DNA of 63,598 nucleotides, filler included. It is 8 parts of 8 records of this genome, joined end to end, with 100 filler letters (N's around TTAATTAATTAA, not from the genome) between each part and the next. Parts side by side here need not be neighbours in the genome. Positions count along the whole stretch, not along the records: positions 5,560 to 11,676 come from SRR31156797_46170; positions 11,777 to 22,333 come from SRR31156797_46188; 6 more parts are not named here. One strand, given 5' to 3'. Below, in pieces: positions 8,216 through 19,119 of the stretch. The notes under the pieces were generated by a model. It saw nothing but the letters and a program-made list of their open reading frames with translations, made no database searches and was not told the DNA's origin. Within the stretch, counting starts at the first letter, position 1; each line of letters begins with the position of its first letter. A program made the position numbers and the translations under genes.

Positions 8216-11200
8216 ATGAATATTACTGAAACAGCCATCGAAAAAAACCGCATTACCCTTGTTCTATTATTCATCCTGCTGACAGGCGGCGTACTTTCCT
8301 ACTTTAATATGCCCAAGGCGGAAGATCCGGGGTTTATTGTCAGGGGCGCCACTGTAACAACCATCTTCCCCGGTGCCAGTCCCGAACGTATGGAAAACCT
8401 TATCACCGACCGGATTGAAAAACTGATTCAGGAAATGCCTGAACTTGATTACGTTGAAAGCGAGTCCCGCACCGGTTTTTCACTGGTAACCGTACATATG
8501 AAGCAATCCTATAAAGAGATGCGCCCTATCTGGGATGACCTGCGCCGAAAAGTCGATGAAGCCGAACTGCCGGATGGCGCCATCGGACCCCTGGTCAATG
8601 ATGATTACGGTGATGTTTTCGGTACAATCGTCACCATAACCGGAGAGGGGTATTCCTATGCGGAACTCAAGGACGCAGCAGACGATATACGGGATGAATT
8701 ACTGAAAATTGATGATGTTGCCGAGGTGGAACTTCACGGCGTCCAGGAAGAGCATGTCTTTATCGACTATAATAACTCCAGAATGGCCAAACTGGGAATA
8801 TCCCCCTATCTGTTAATGCAGATGCTGGCAGCCCAGAATATTATCAACCCGGGGGGCAACATAAATACCGGTATGGAAAGGATCGTTCTGGAACCATCCG
8901 GAGATTATGAATCGGTTGATGAAATCAAGCAAACCATATTACGCCTGCCCGGACGGAAGGACCTGATTATCCTGTCGGATATTGCCGATGTTTACAGGGG
9001 ATATGTTGATCCGGTTGATTCCGTTGTCACATCATCCGGACAACAGGCCATTGCCCTGGCAATCTCCATGAGAGATGGGGGTAATATTATTACGCTTGGT
9101 AATGATGTGAAAGCATTGATATCGGACTTGCAGGCGGTATATCCCCATGGCCTGGAATTTGATTTTGTGGCTTTTCAGAAAAAGTTTGTTGAAGAGAAAG
9201 TAAAAGGGTTTACCAGGAATTTAATGCAGTCCGTATGTATTGTACTGGCTGTCATGCTGCTTGCGTTAGGGCTTCGTACCGGTTTTATCGTCTCTTCATT
9301 GATACCCTGTGCAATGATTATATCCCTTTTCGTCATGGACTATTTTAAGATAGGACTTGACCAGATGTCCCTGGCAGCCCTTATCATTTCACTGGGAATG
9401 CTGGTGGACAATGCCATTGTCATGTCGGAAAGCATCATGGTACAGATTCAGGAGGGGAAATCCACAAAGCAGGCAGCCATAGATTCCGCCACTGAGCTTA
9501 AAATTCCTTTGCTGACTTCAAGCCTCACCACAGCAGCAGCTTTCCTTCCGATTTATCTGGCGGAATCGGACGCAGGAGAGTATACGGCACCTCTTTTCAA
9601 GGTGGTGAGTATCACACTGCTGTGTTCCTGGATTCTTTCCATTACCGTTATTCCATTGTTCTGTGCCCGTTTCATACGTGTTAAACAACAGGCATCCGTA
9701 AACTATAATACATCCTTTTATCGAATTTACCGCTGGGTGTTGATCCATGTACTTCGACATAAATTTGTCACCATCGTTCTGGTTTGTGTACTGTTTGTCT
9801 TGGTCATGCAGGGTGCGAAATTTATCCCCAAGCGTTTTTTTCCTGATAATGACAAGCCGGTATTTACCGCAGTCCTGGAACTTCCCTATGGTACGGCCAT
9901 AGAAGAAACCATCAAGATGTCCGGGGCCATGGATACGTATATTCAGGAAAATTTAGCGATCACGGAAAACCGGGTCTCCGGTATAACCAACTGGTCAACC
10001 TTTACCGGTACCGGTGCCCCAAGGTTTGTTCTCAATTTAGATCCGGAACCCAAAAATTCCGGACTGTGCTATATGCTGATGAATGCCACGGATTTCAATG
10101 CAATGCATGACAGTATCAAAAAACTTGAACGATATGCACTTGAAACCTTCCCTGATGTGAAACCGGACATAGGGGCCCTGGCCCTGGGGCCGCCGTCCGA
10201 TGCCCCCCTGGGGGTCCGTATTACCGGTAAAGACGTGAAGAAATTGTCTGAAATCATCGAACAGATCAAAATAAAACTTTCGGAGCACCCCGACGTTAAG
10301 TTTGTATTTGACGACTGGGGACGTCTAACCAAGAAAATTAATGTGGACATCGATAATGCCCGTGCCCTGAGAGCCGGTATAACCCACCAGGATATCGCCC
10401 TGTCACTGCAAACGATTTTAAGTGGATTTGATATTACCGAATACCGCGAAGATGACAAGGTCATTCCCATCACCCTTCGATCGGTTGCTGCTGACCGCCA
10501 GGATATCGGCAAACTTGAAAGTCTGAACATTTACTCCATGAACACAGGGACATCGGTACCACTCAGCCAGGTGGCCGATTTAAACGTGGCGTATCAGCCA
10601 TCCGTAATCCTGCGGCGGGACCGAACCCGAACCATGACTGTAAATGCGCTTTTGACCGAAGCGGGTAATGCCGTGGCCATATACAGCTGGTTAAAACCAT
10701 GGCTTGACGAACAACAGGAAAAATGGGGCATTGGATATGGCTATGAAGTGGGCGGTGAAATTGAGGAATCCATAAAATCCAATGCGGCAATCGGTGATAA
10801 ACTCGGCATCTCCCTGATGATTATTGTTCTCCTGCTGGTGATTCAGTTCAATTCAATCCGAAAGCCATTGATCATCCTCATGACAATTCCACTGGGGCTG
10901 ATCGGGGTAGTAGCAGGCCTGCTGTTGGGTAAAAGCTATTTTGGATTTATGACATTTCTCGGCGTCATATCGTTAGCGGGAATCGTTGTTAATAACGCCA
11001 TCGTCCTTCTTGAGCGTATCCAATTAGAACTGGATGAATTTAAACGAACCCAGCAGGATGCAATCATCGAAGCCGTTCAAAGGCGGCTCCGTCCGATTCT
11101 CTTGACCACTTTAACCACTGTGGGGGGGCTTCTGCCGCTCTGGTTATTCAGCAGTCCCATGTGGCCGCCCATGGCCATCGCCATCATTTTCGGATTGATC

Positions 11201-11290
11201 TTTGCCACGGTGCTCACCTTGGGAGTGGTACCGGTATTATATGCCATCTTTTACAGGGTCTCTTTTAAGGGGTACTTATATCAATCGTGA
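8216..11290 (+). CDS. RND efflux transporter permease (AcrB/AcrD/AcrF family)
   Basis: 1024 aa; GMLVDNAIV, NNAIVL, RLRPILLTT motifs. Confidence 0.95.
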   Translation: MNITETAIEKNRITLVLLFILLTGGVLSYFNMPKAEDPGFIVRGATVTTIFPGASPERMENLITDRIEKLIQEMPELDYVESESRTGFSLVTVHMKQSYKEMRPIWDDLRRKVDEAELPDGAIGPLVNDDYGDVFGTIVTITGEGYSYAELKDAADDIRDELLKIDDVAEVELHGVQEEHVFIDYNNSRMAKLGISPYLLMQMLAAQNIINPGGNINTGMERIVLEPSGDYESVDEIKQTILRLPGRKDLIILSDIADVYRGYVDPVDSVVTSSGQQAIALAISMRDGGNIITLGNDVKALISDLQAVYPHGLEFDFVAFQKKFVEEKVKGFTRNLMQSVCIVLAVMLLALGLRTGFIVSSLIPCAMIISLFVMDYFKIGLDQMSLAALIISLGMLVDNAIVMSESIMVQIQEGKSTKQAAIDSATELKIPLLTSSLTTAAAFLPIYLAESDAGEYTAPLFKVVSITLLCSWILSITVIPLFCARFIRVKQQASVNYNTSFYRIYRWVLIHVLRHKFVTIVLVCVLFVLVMQGAKFIPKRFFPDNDKPVFTAVLELPYGTAIEETIKMSGAMDTYIQENLAITENRVSGITNWSTFTGTGAPRFVLNLDPEPKNSGLCYMLMNATDFNAMHDSIKKLERYALETFPDVKPDIGALALGPPSDAPLGVRITGKDVKKLSEIIEQIKIKLSEHPDVKFVFDDWGRLTKKINVDIDNARALRAGITHQDIALSLQTILSGFDITEYREDDKVIPITLRSVAADRQDIGKLESLNIYSMNTGTSVPLSQVADLNVAYQPSVILRRDRTRTMTVNALLTEAGNAVAIYSWLKPWLDEQQEKWGIGYGYEVGGEIEESIKSNAAIGDKLGISLMIIVLLLVIQFNSIRKPLIILMTIPLGLIGVVAGLLLGKSYFGFMTFLGVISLAGIVVNNAIVLLERIQLELDEFKRTQQDAIIEAVQRRLRPILLTTLTTVGGLLPLWLFSSPMWPPMAIAIIFGLIFATVLTLGVVPVLYAIFYRVSFKGYLYQS

Positions 11291-11393
11291 AAGTTCGTTC
11301 CCATCCAATGAATGATACCATGGACTTGATCCGATTCAACAAATATGGGATTGGATTATTGCACAAATCGCAGATATGGGATAACATCCCAAT

Positions 11394-11676
11394 ATGTTAA
11401 ATCAAAGCCAGCTTGATGCCATAGACCATGCGATTGAAACCCATTTGATCGCAGCCGGAATTGACCATGTGATCTACATGGAGATGAGCGGAAACACCAT
11501 TGCCAAGCATGACAGTGGAAAAACCCGCCTGGATTCCACTGCTTTTGCCGCCCTGGCAGCAGGCAATTTCGCAGCCGTGGACGCCATGGCCAAGCTGGTG
11601 GGTGAATCCGAATTTTCCCTGTTGTTTCATAAGGGGAAAAATTTAAGCATCCATTTCAGCAAAGTCACCAAAGACA
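11394..11676 (+). CDS. Roadblock/LC7 (MglB-like) protein, 3' truncated
   Basis: AALAAGNFAA...AKLVGESEFSLLFHKG, typical of MglB-like proteins. Confidence 0.8.
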
Positions 11677-11776
11677 NNNNNNNNNNNNNNNNNNNNNNNN
11701 NNNNNNNNNNNNNNNNNNNNTTAATTAATTAANNNNNNNNNNNNNNNNNNNNNNNNNNNNNNNNNNNNNNNNNNNN
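11677..11776. other. Artificial contig spacer
   Basis: N44-TTAATTAATTAA-N44. Confidence 0.99.
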
Positions 11777-11779
11777 GAT

Positions 11780-11804
11780 GCAGGCGAGACGCCCGCGCTC
11801 CCAG
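11780..11804. repeat. REP-like palindrome (GCAGGCGAGACGCCCGCGCTCCCAG)
   Basis: Imperfect GC hairpin at a contig end, downstream of the MCP stop. Confidence 0.5.
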
Positions 11805-11832
11805 GTGAGGTTATTTCGGACTCATTCCTAAA

Positions 11833-13875
11833 TTAATTAAATTTAAACTTGTCGGTTAATTGATTCAATTGCGCTGATAAATTAGACAACTCTACTGCAC
11901 TATTGTTCACCTGTAGGCTTCCTGAACTCACCTCCGCCGCCGATTGATTTACGTGTTGAATATCCTGTGTTACTTCACCGGCAACGCCTGAGACCTGGTT
12001 CACATTGTCATTAACCTCTTGAATACCTACTGCCGCCTGGTTCACGTTATCAGAAATTTCGTGGGTTGTGGCAGATTGTTCTTCAATGGCTGTCGCAACT
12101 GTTGAAACAATGCCGCTGAGGTCTTCAATTATTTCACTGATTGATTCTATTGCCGAGAAAGCCTCTTCTGTCGTTTTTTGAACGCCGTTAATTTTTCCTG
12201 CAATGTCACTGGTCGCATCTGCCGTCTGATTCGCAAGGGCTTTAATTTCGCTTGCAACCACGGCAAAACCCTTACCCGCGTCTCCTGCTCTAGCCGCCTC
12301 TATGGTTGCATTTAATGCCAGTAAATTGGTTTGTTCAGAAATATCAGATATTGTTTCTGTTACCTTATTTATCTCCGATGCAGCCTGATTCAAGATGTTC
12401 ATTTTATCAGAAACGAAATTTGATTTTTCAACAGCTTCGGCCGTGGTTTGATTTCCCTTTGATGTATTGGTTGAAATCTCATTAATTGTCGCAGACATCT
12501 CTTCGATGGCCGAAGCAATGTTTTGTATATTCATTGTTGCCTGTTCGGAAGCGGCGGCCACACTACCCATGGTTGTTGCCATTTCTTCTGCAGCAGATGC
12601 GACATTCTGGGAACGATTTTCAGTCTCTTGTGAATTTGATGTCATTTGGGTTGATACATCAGACAGCGAAGTTGCAGACTCATCCAATGAGTTCGCCCCG
12701 TCAGAAATTTCTTTTAGTGCGCTTTTTAAAGAGACAGCCATTTCATTGATGGATTTTACCATATTTCCGATTTCATCTGTCTGGTCGATGGCCAATGTCT
12801 GGGAAAAATCACCTTTGGCCAATTTATTGGTAAAACTCTGTGTTTCAATTAATGGGCGTGTTATCAAGCGAATCAGTATAAATGATATCGCAATACCGAA
12901 CACAATTGCGATCAAGGAAATGTAAACAATCGCCGATAGGGCTATGGACGCCTCATGATTCATTTTCTCTTCCAACATGTGTTCATACTTGGAAATCTGC
13001 TCTTTGAGTTGAGAAAGCAATGACAATGTAGATGTCAACGCAGGATGGGTTTCATTGTTATAGATTTCTTTTGCTTGATGCTGTTTATGTTCTAACGACA
13101 TTTCAAGACTGATAATTTCATCAAAATATTTTTCCAATTTATTGTATGAAGGTGGGATGATTTGATTATACAATTTTATTTTTTCTTCAATGGTTTCCGC
13201 TTTATTAATCAGGTGCACAGAAGTATGAAGTGCCCTGTGCGGTGCGTGAATTTTTTCAATAATAGCTGCAAATTCAGGCCATTGGGCAATGATTGTTTTT
13301 GCTTGTTCTCCATTGAGCCATTCCCCGAACTTACATTTTGTATGATCTGTCTCCACATCAATTGTTGATCGGCTCATGATGGCGCCTGAAACGGATTGCA
13401 TCCATTTTAGATGTGCCGCCAATAGCTTTTCCAGTTTCAGGCCCAGTCCCTGATGCGTTTGAGCCCATACATCATTAATTTTAGCAGCGGAATCATGCAG
13501 CTTTTTATGAACAGGTACGATATCTTTAAAAATTCTGGCTATTTCAGGGGACATTTTTGACAGCGAAACGGTGTCATCACTGGCAAGAAATTTACCAAAG
13601 GGGCATTTTTCATGGTCAAATTGAACTTCTAATTTGTCCTTGTTTTTAACAAACAGCTCTTTAATTTCATTTGCCCATTCCAAATGCCCAAGCTCAACTT
13701 CCATAATTTTTTCGTTATACTTTGCCCCCACAGAAAAATCGTGGCTATCATTAATAATTCGTGTGATGAGAAAATACGAACTGCCCCCTAAAATCAGAAG
13801 GGATAAGGGTAAAATTCCGGTTAAGCCCCATAGTTTATTACTGATTTTCATATTTTTAAGAAAACTAGCAGACAT
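11833..13875 (-). CDS. Methyl-accepting chemotaxis protein with two CZB (zinc-binding) domains between TM1 and TM2
   Basis: [19 protein letters not shown] and [49 protein letters not shown]. Confidence 0.92.
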   Translation of the reverse strand: MSASFLKNMKISNKLWGLTGILPLSLLILGGSSYFLITRIINDSHDFSVGAKYNEKIMEVELGHLEWANEIKELFVKNKDKLEVQFDHEKCPFGKFLASDDTVSLSKMSPEIARIFKDIVPVHKKLHDSAAKINDVWAQTHQGLGLKLEKLLAAHLKWMQSVSGAIMSRSTIDVETDHTKCKFGEWLNGEQAKTIIAQWPEFAAIIEKIHAPHRALHTSVHLINKAETIEEKIKLYNQIIPPSYNKLEKYFDEIISLEMSLEHKQHQAKEIYNNETHPALTSTLSLLSQLKEQISKYEHMLEEKMNHEASIALSAIVYISLIAIVFGIAISFILIRLITRPLIETQSFTNKLAKGDFSQTLAIDQTDEIGNMVKSINEMAVSLKSALKEISDGANSLDESATSLSDVSTQMTSNSQETENRSQNVASAAEEMATTMGSVAAASEQATMNIQNIASAIEEMSATINEISTNTSKGNQTTAEAVEKSNFVSDKMNILNQAASEINKVTETISDISEQTNLLALNATIEAARAGDAGKGFAVVASEIKALANQTADATSDIAGKINGVQKTTEEAFSAIESISEIIEDLSGIVSTVATAIEEQSATTHEISDNVNQAAVGIQEVNDNVNQVSGVAGEVTQDIQHVNQSAAEVSSGSLQVNNSAVELSNLSAQLNQLTDKFKFN

Positions 13876-14005
13876 TCATTCCCCCATATTTTGGAATAAT
13901 TGATTGATAATGAGCTTGCCATTCTTAGACTTTTACGAATAGTGAGCTGGTCGTTTTTGAATCTTTACGAGATTTTACTTTATACGAAACGGCGAAAATA
14001 TTCAA

Positions 14006-15238
14006 TTATTTTAACAAAAGATTAACCGCATTTTCAACGCCGTTTTCCTCGCTCAGCTCAAAGTTGAGCTGAGCAAGTCTTTCATGTATGGTTTTGTCTT
14101 CCAGTACCTTGTTGATACAGGATGCCATGGTTTGGGGGGTTAACACCTTTTTTGGCAGGCCCGGCGGTCCTGCCTTAAGTTTTTCCAGTCTGTCAGCCCA
14201 GAATCTCTGGTCAAAAAAGAACGGAATGATAACCGATGGAATGCCTGCCCTGAGGGCAGCGCCTGTGGTGCCGGCACCACCGTGGTGGACCACGGCGGAT
14301 ACTCTGGGGAAAAGCCAGGAATGGGGAATGCTCTTTGCCACGTAAAGATCGGGGCTGGTCTGCTCGTTAATGGTAATTTCGCTCCAGCCGGTTAAAAGGA
14401 TCACCCGGTGGCCTGCCTGAAGGATACCCAGTACGACTTTTTTAATGATGATGTTAATATCCGGATCATTCATGGAGCCAAACCCGACACATACCGGTAC
14501 GGGACCCTGCTTAAGAAACGTCTGCAGACTTTTTGGGGGGGGCCAGTCCCGGGGGGGATCCAGAAACCAGTACCCGGTGATATGCATGCTGTTTGACCAG
14601 TCGGAAGGCTTTGGAAGGACACAAGAGCTAAAACCATGGAGCACAGGAATGTTTTTTGAATACACCTCCTGGAAAAATTCATGGAAGGACGCGTTTTCTT
14701 TCAATTGATCGCTGTTGTTTAAAAAAAGCGCCATACATTTTTCAACAACCCGGTAGCTTGCGGCATTGAGGATTTTTGGAACATGGATGTTTGAGGGAAT
14801 GACAGGGCTTGGGAATTCATTGGTCCGCCCCAGGGGCTGCAGGCAGATTGGAATTGCTTTGATGCCTGTTTGTTTTGCAAAATGATGGGCCGGCAGGCTC
14901 AGCATGTTGTAAAGAATCAAATCCGCATCCTGGCAGGCATGGCCGATATCTGTGACAATACGCTCTAAGGTTGGGGCGATATGCTTTTTTTTTAATTTAA
15001 AAAAGTCTATAGGGTTCAGTGGTTTCGATGGTTTGATGCTGTTGGGGGTGTCTGCCAAAGACTGCCTTAGCATGGTTTGGATAGGAAAAAAATCTATGCC
15101 CCGTTTCAGGGCATCGGCTTTAAAAACAGGATTGGCCGCAAGGCATACCCTGCATCCTGCCTTTTTTAATCCAATGCCCAGGGCAAGGGGCGGATAGGCA
15201 TCGCCTCGGGAGCCCAAAGCCACGATTGTAATTTTCAT
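14006..15238 (-). CDS. GT-B family 1 glycosyltransferase (sterol glucosyltransferase/RhlB/GtfB-like)
   Basis: GSRGD.. N-terminus; GFGSM, VHHGGAGTT, PFFFDQ.FWA; ATGA overlap with the NRPS stop. Confidence 0.9.
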   Translation of the reverse strand: MKITIVALGSRGDAYPPLALGIGLKKAGCRVCLAANPVFKADALKRGIDFFPIQTMLRQSLADTPNSIKPSKPLNPIDFFKLKKKHIAPTLERIVTDIGHACQDADLILYNMLSLPAHHFAKQTGIKAIPICLQPLGRTNEFPSPVIPSNIHVPKILNAASYRVVEKCMALFLNNSDQLKENASFHEFFQEVYSKNIPVLHGFSSCVLPKPSDWSNSMHITGYWFLDPPRDWPPPKSLQTFLKQGPVPVCVGFGSMNDPDINIIIKKVVLGILQAGHRVILLTGWSEITINEQTSPDLYVAKSIPHSWLFPRVSAVVHHGGAGTTGAALRAGIPSVIIPFFFDQRFWADRLEKLKAGPPGLPKKVLTPQTMASCINKVLEDKTIHERLAQLNFELSEENGVENAVNLLLK

Positions 15239-18200
15239 TTGTATCCGCCTTTTTTCTGCTCAAGGCTTGCAAGGCATTGCTTGAGTCTGCCGGCCAGTGA
15301 GGCTACATGGGGGGCTTTCATGAAACTGTCATGGTTGCCGGGGAGCATGTGCAGTTTAAACGGGCCCTTTGCATGCCTGCGCCAGATTCTGTGGGTGCCG
15401 AAAAATCTGGACATGGCCCATTTGCCCTGGAAATAATCAATTCTACCCTTGTAGCCCTGGGGGTGATACCCCACCAAAGCATTCAGGTGATATTGAAGCC
15501 CGTTGTCAAGGAAAACAGCACGTAGGATCTCTAAAATATCTGAGACGACTTTTTTTTCAGAATCAGGCAGCAGCCGTAACACCAGGGGTCGGATTTTTTG
15601 GTTTACAAGACAGGCAAATCGGTTATAGCTGTATGGTGCCCCGATCATGACCAGAAATTCCACCTCCTTGCCCTGTTCTTTGAGCAGGCGGGCTGTTTCA
15701 TAGGCCATCAGGCCGCCGGCACTGTATCCGCCAAGCCTGTAAGGGCCGTTGGGGAATTGGTTTGAAATTTGGGCCGCATACTGTTGGGCCAGGGTTTTTG
15801 TCCCCATTGCCGTGGCGTCATCATTGGGCTGGATCATAAAGAAGGGCTGGTTCTCTCCAAGGTGGCGGGACAACTGGCGCAGCTTGACCACATCCCCATA
15901 GCCTGCGGTGATACAGAAAAACGGCGGTTTTGTGCTGCCCTTTGCAATGGGAACAATCATTTGGCGGTGGGCCAGGTCTGTGCGGGTTGACAATAGTTTT
16001 GCCAGGGTGTGGACCGTGCTGTTGTCCATAAGTTCGGAAAATAGCAGCCGGTGGTTGAATGCCTTTTCCAAGAGGTTGATAAACCTTACTGCGGCAAGCG
16101 AATCCATGCCGGATTCAAAAAAGTCGTCATGGGACCCTATGGTGGTGGAAGTACCGCTCATAGCTTGGGAAAAAAGGGAAACCAGCTTTTTTTCGGCTTT
16201 ACTGGCCGGTAGATCCCAGGTGTGTTGAGGCCGACTGACCTGGGGATCGGTGTCTTCCAACAGGCGGCGGTCTAATTTACCGCTCGGTGTATACGGCATC
16301 TTTTCCAGGGGGATGAATTGGGACGGAATCATGTAGTCGGGCAGGTTTTGTCTGGCAAACTGCCTGATTTCTAAAGATAGGGATTCGTTTGTTGGGGTCT
16401 CAGGGCTTGAGAAAAATGCAACAAGATATCGATCCGATGACGGAGCGGTTTTGGGAATAACAACAATTTGGGATATTTGGGGGTGACGTGCAATCACCTT
16501 TTCAATCTCTTCAGGCTCAATCCGGAATCCTCTTATTTTGACCTGGTGGTCAAATCGTCCCATGAACATCAGGGTTGACTGCGTTAAAAATCTTACCATG
16601 TCCCCGGTCCGGTATAGCCGTTCATGTCCGGTGGTGTCTTTGAATGGATTTTCAATAAATTTTTCCCGGGTAAGTTCGGGCCGGTTCAGGTATCCTCTAG
16701 CCACGCCTGCGCCGCCGATATACAACTGTCCGGGTACACCAAGGGGGACCGGTTCAAGGTTTTTGTCCAGGACATAGAGACTTGTATTGTCAATGGGGTT
16801 TCCCATGGGCAGCGGGTCCGGGTCGTCATGCCCGCAAATGCAAGTTGACGCACATACCGTGGCTTCGGTGGGGCCGTAAGCGTTGATGAACCGGCGCCCA
16901 TTTCCCCATTTTCGGAACAGCCTTGAAGGGCAGGGTTCTCCTGCGGTAACCAGGGTGGCAAGGCCGGGCAACGGTACCGGGTCCATGACAGCAAGCGCGG
17001 ATGGGGGCAGTGTTACATGGGTGATTTTTTGGCTTTCCAGGGTGGAAAGTAGCGTGGGACCCGGCATTAAATCGTCTTTGTGGGCCAGAATCAGGGTTCC
17101 TCCGGCTGAAAGGGTGGTGAAAATTTCTGAAACAGAGGCATCAAAATTAAGGGAGGCAAACTGCAGAACACGACTTTCATGGCAGATGCCAAATATTTTG
17201 TTCTGGGCGGCCACAAGGTTAACAAGCCCGCCATGGGTGCACATGGCTCCTTTGGGCTGTCCGGTTGTGCCTGATGTGTAAATGACATAGGCAAGACTGT
17301 CGGCATTCAAACTATTCGGGGTTTTTTCAACAGCCTGGTCATCATATGGAAAATTGTCCAGGGCAATAATGGTGGCGGTTTGGTTTTCGGCGAGCCTTGA
17401 TGCAAATTTATCCAGGGTTAAAATGGTTGAGGTGCCTGAGTCCTCAATCATAAATTTTACTCTCTCTTGGGGATAGTTCGGGTCCAGAGGAACATAGGCC
17501 CCACCCGCCTTTAATATGGAAAGGATGCCTACCACCATCTCAATGGATTTGTCAATATAGACACCAACAATGGTCTCATGGCCTTGGAGCAAAGGTCTCA
17601 AATGGGATGCCAGGCGGTCAGACCTTTCATGAAGGCTGTGATAGGAGATTTGCTGACTGCCCAGTTGAACAGCGGCATGGCCCGGATAGGTCCTGGCCGC
17701 TTCAGCCACCTTTTGGCAGATGGTGTCACACGGGGCAGGATGGCTTTGGCACTGGTGGTTGAATTCTACCAGAAGTTTGCTCGATTCCCGGGCAGGCAGG
17801 ATGTTAAGCCGACTTAAAGGAATGTCAGGCTTGTCCAGAAGCTGTTGAAGTATGTACCGCACCCTTTCCATTAAAAATTCAATCTCATCGGGTTTGTATG
17901 CAGCCAGGTTATAGTAAAACTCAAGCTTTACGCCTGTATCTTTCTGGTACTCCTTGATGGCCAGGGTCAAAGGGGTCTGGTCCCAACCGTTGTGCATGGT
18001 ATTGATATCAAATCCGGTGCCGTTATAATCCATAACGTTGTAGTTGAATTTTTCATATGAGAGACTGACATCAAAAAGCTGATCCCGTCCGGTCTTTTTG
18101 AGTTGTGCGGCCCGGTTGATTTCACCTAAGGGAAATCGTTGGTGGGGAAAGGACTCTTTTAATTCGGTTTTCAGCAGTTCAAAAAAGGTTTGAATATCAA

Positions 18201-19119
18201 TATCCAGTCCAAAATCAAGGCAGACCGGAACCACATTGACAAATGGCCCCATGCTGTCCATTAATTCAGGTGTTGGTCGGTTGAGCAATGGTATGGAAAA
18301 AACAAACTGCTTGATATCAGAGGTCCGCAGAAAATAGGTATACAAAATCGCAGCCATGAGAAAAAAAACATTTCCCTGGCGCTGTTTTGAATATGTGATC
18401 AGCTGATAGTAGAAATCGGGGGTAAGCCAGATATGGGAAAAGGAACTGGGTGTCGCTGTTTTTCCATTCCCTGCTGCGTATCGGCGGGGAATCACCGGTC
18501 TTGGAATGGTTTCAAATTTTTTAGACCAGTACGCTTTTGCCTGGCTGAACGCATCAGATGATTTGTACGTTAAATCATTTGAAATAAAATCAACATAAGA
18601 GGGTTTGTTACCCGGCTTTTCCAAACCTTTTATGAGCGCGTTATAGTTTTCAAGCAGCCCCTGGTTGAGAAGGGCAAAACAGTACCCGTCCATTGTCAGG
18701 TGATGGGCGCACACCGCATAATAAAAGCTCTCGTCAGATGTTTTTAAAAGAAAATACCTGGACAACTGGCCATCATGGATGTCAAAGGGTTGGCAAAATT
18801 GCTTTTCCCACCACTGCATGGCCGCTGTAGCCGGGTTTGAATGGTTTGAAAAATCCTTTAGGACCATTTCCCGGGCAGTATCGGAAAAACCAAGACCGGG
18901 CAGGGTATCGCCCTTGTGAAACACCATTCTGAAGGCGTCATTCTGCTGGGTCACCCGGTGGTGGGTCTCAATGAAAATGTCAACATCAATATATCCGTTT
19001 ATTTTGACATTCCCGCCAATATTATACAGAGGAACCTTGTTATATATCATTTGGGAGAGCCATATTTCTTCTTGAACCAGGGAGAGAGGATAGGTTCTAC
19101 CGCACGTTTTTGTTGGCAT
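15235..19119 (-). CDS. Mono-modular NRPS: starter-type C - A (Tyr-type code DASTVAAVCK) - T - TE
   Basis: C: HHLTMDG. A: YTSGTTGQPKG, NAYGPTE, YRTGD, SGKLDR. T: FFESGMDSL. TE: GYSAG and GNHDS. Confidence 0.92.
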   Translation of the reverse strand: MPTKTCGRTYPLSLVQEEIWLSQMIYNKVPLYNIGGNVKINGYIDVDIFIETHHRVTQQNDAFRMVFHKGDTLPGLGFSDTAREMVLKDFSNHSNPATAAMQWWEKQFCQPFDIHDGQLSRYFLLKTSDESFYYAVCAHHLTMDGYCFALLNQGLLENYNALIKGLEKPGNKPSYVDFISNDLTYKSSDAFSQAKAYWSKKFETIPRPVIPRRYAAGNGKTATPSSFSHIWLTPDFYYQLITYSKQRQGNVFFLMAAILYTYFLRTSDIKQFVFSIPLLNRPTPELMDSMGPFVNVVPVCLDFGLDIDIQTFFELLKTELKESFPHQRFPLGEINRAAQLKKTGRDQLFDVSLSYEKFNYNVMDYNGTGFDINTMHNGWDQTPLTLAIKEYQKDTGVKLEFYYNLAAYKPDEIEFLMERVRYILQQLLDKPDIPLSRLNILPARESSKLLVEFNHQCQSHPAPCDTICQKVAEAARTYPGHAAVQLGSQQISYHSLHERSDRLASHLRPLLQGHETIVGVYIDKSIEMVVGILSILKAGGAYVPLDPNYPQERVKFMIEDSGTSTILTLDKFASRLAENQTATIIALDNFPYDDQAVEKTPNSLNADSLAYVIYTSGTTGQPKGAMCTHGGLVNLVAAQNKIFGICHESRVLQFASLNFDASVSEIFTTLSAGGTLILAHKDDLMPGPTLLSTLESQKITHVTLPPSALAVMDPVPLPGLATLVTAGEPCPSRLFRKWGNGRRFINAYGPTEATVCASTCICGHDDPDPLPMGNPIDNTSLYVLDKNLEPVPLGVPGQLYIGGAGVARGYLNRPELTREKFIENPFKDTTGHERLYRTGDMVRFLTQSTLMFMGRFDHQVKIRGFRIEPEEIEKVIARHPQISQIVVIPKTAPSSDRYLVAFFSSPETPTNESLSLEIRQFARQNLPDYMIPSQFIPLEKMPYTPSGKLDRRLLEDTDPQVSRPQHTWDLPASKAEKKLVSLFSQAMSGTSTTIGSHDDFFESGMDSLAAVRFINLLEKAFNHRLLFSELMDNSTVHTLAKLLSTRTDLAHRQMIVPIAKGSTKPPFFCITAGYGDVVKLRQLSRHLGENQPFFMIQPNDDATAMGTKTLAQQYAAQISNQFPNGPYRLGGYSAGGLMAYETARLLKEQGKEVEFLVMIGAPYSYNRFACLVNQKIRPLVLRLLPDSEKKVVSDILEILRAVFLDNGLQYHLNALVGYHPQGYKGRIDYFQGKWAMSRFFGTHRIWRRHAKGPFKLHMLPGNHDSFMKAPHVASLAGRLKQCLASLEQKKGGYK

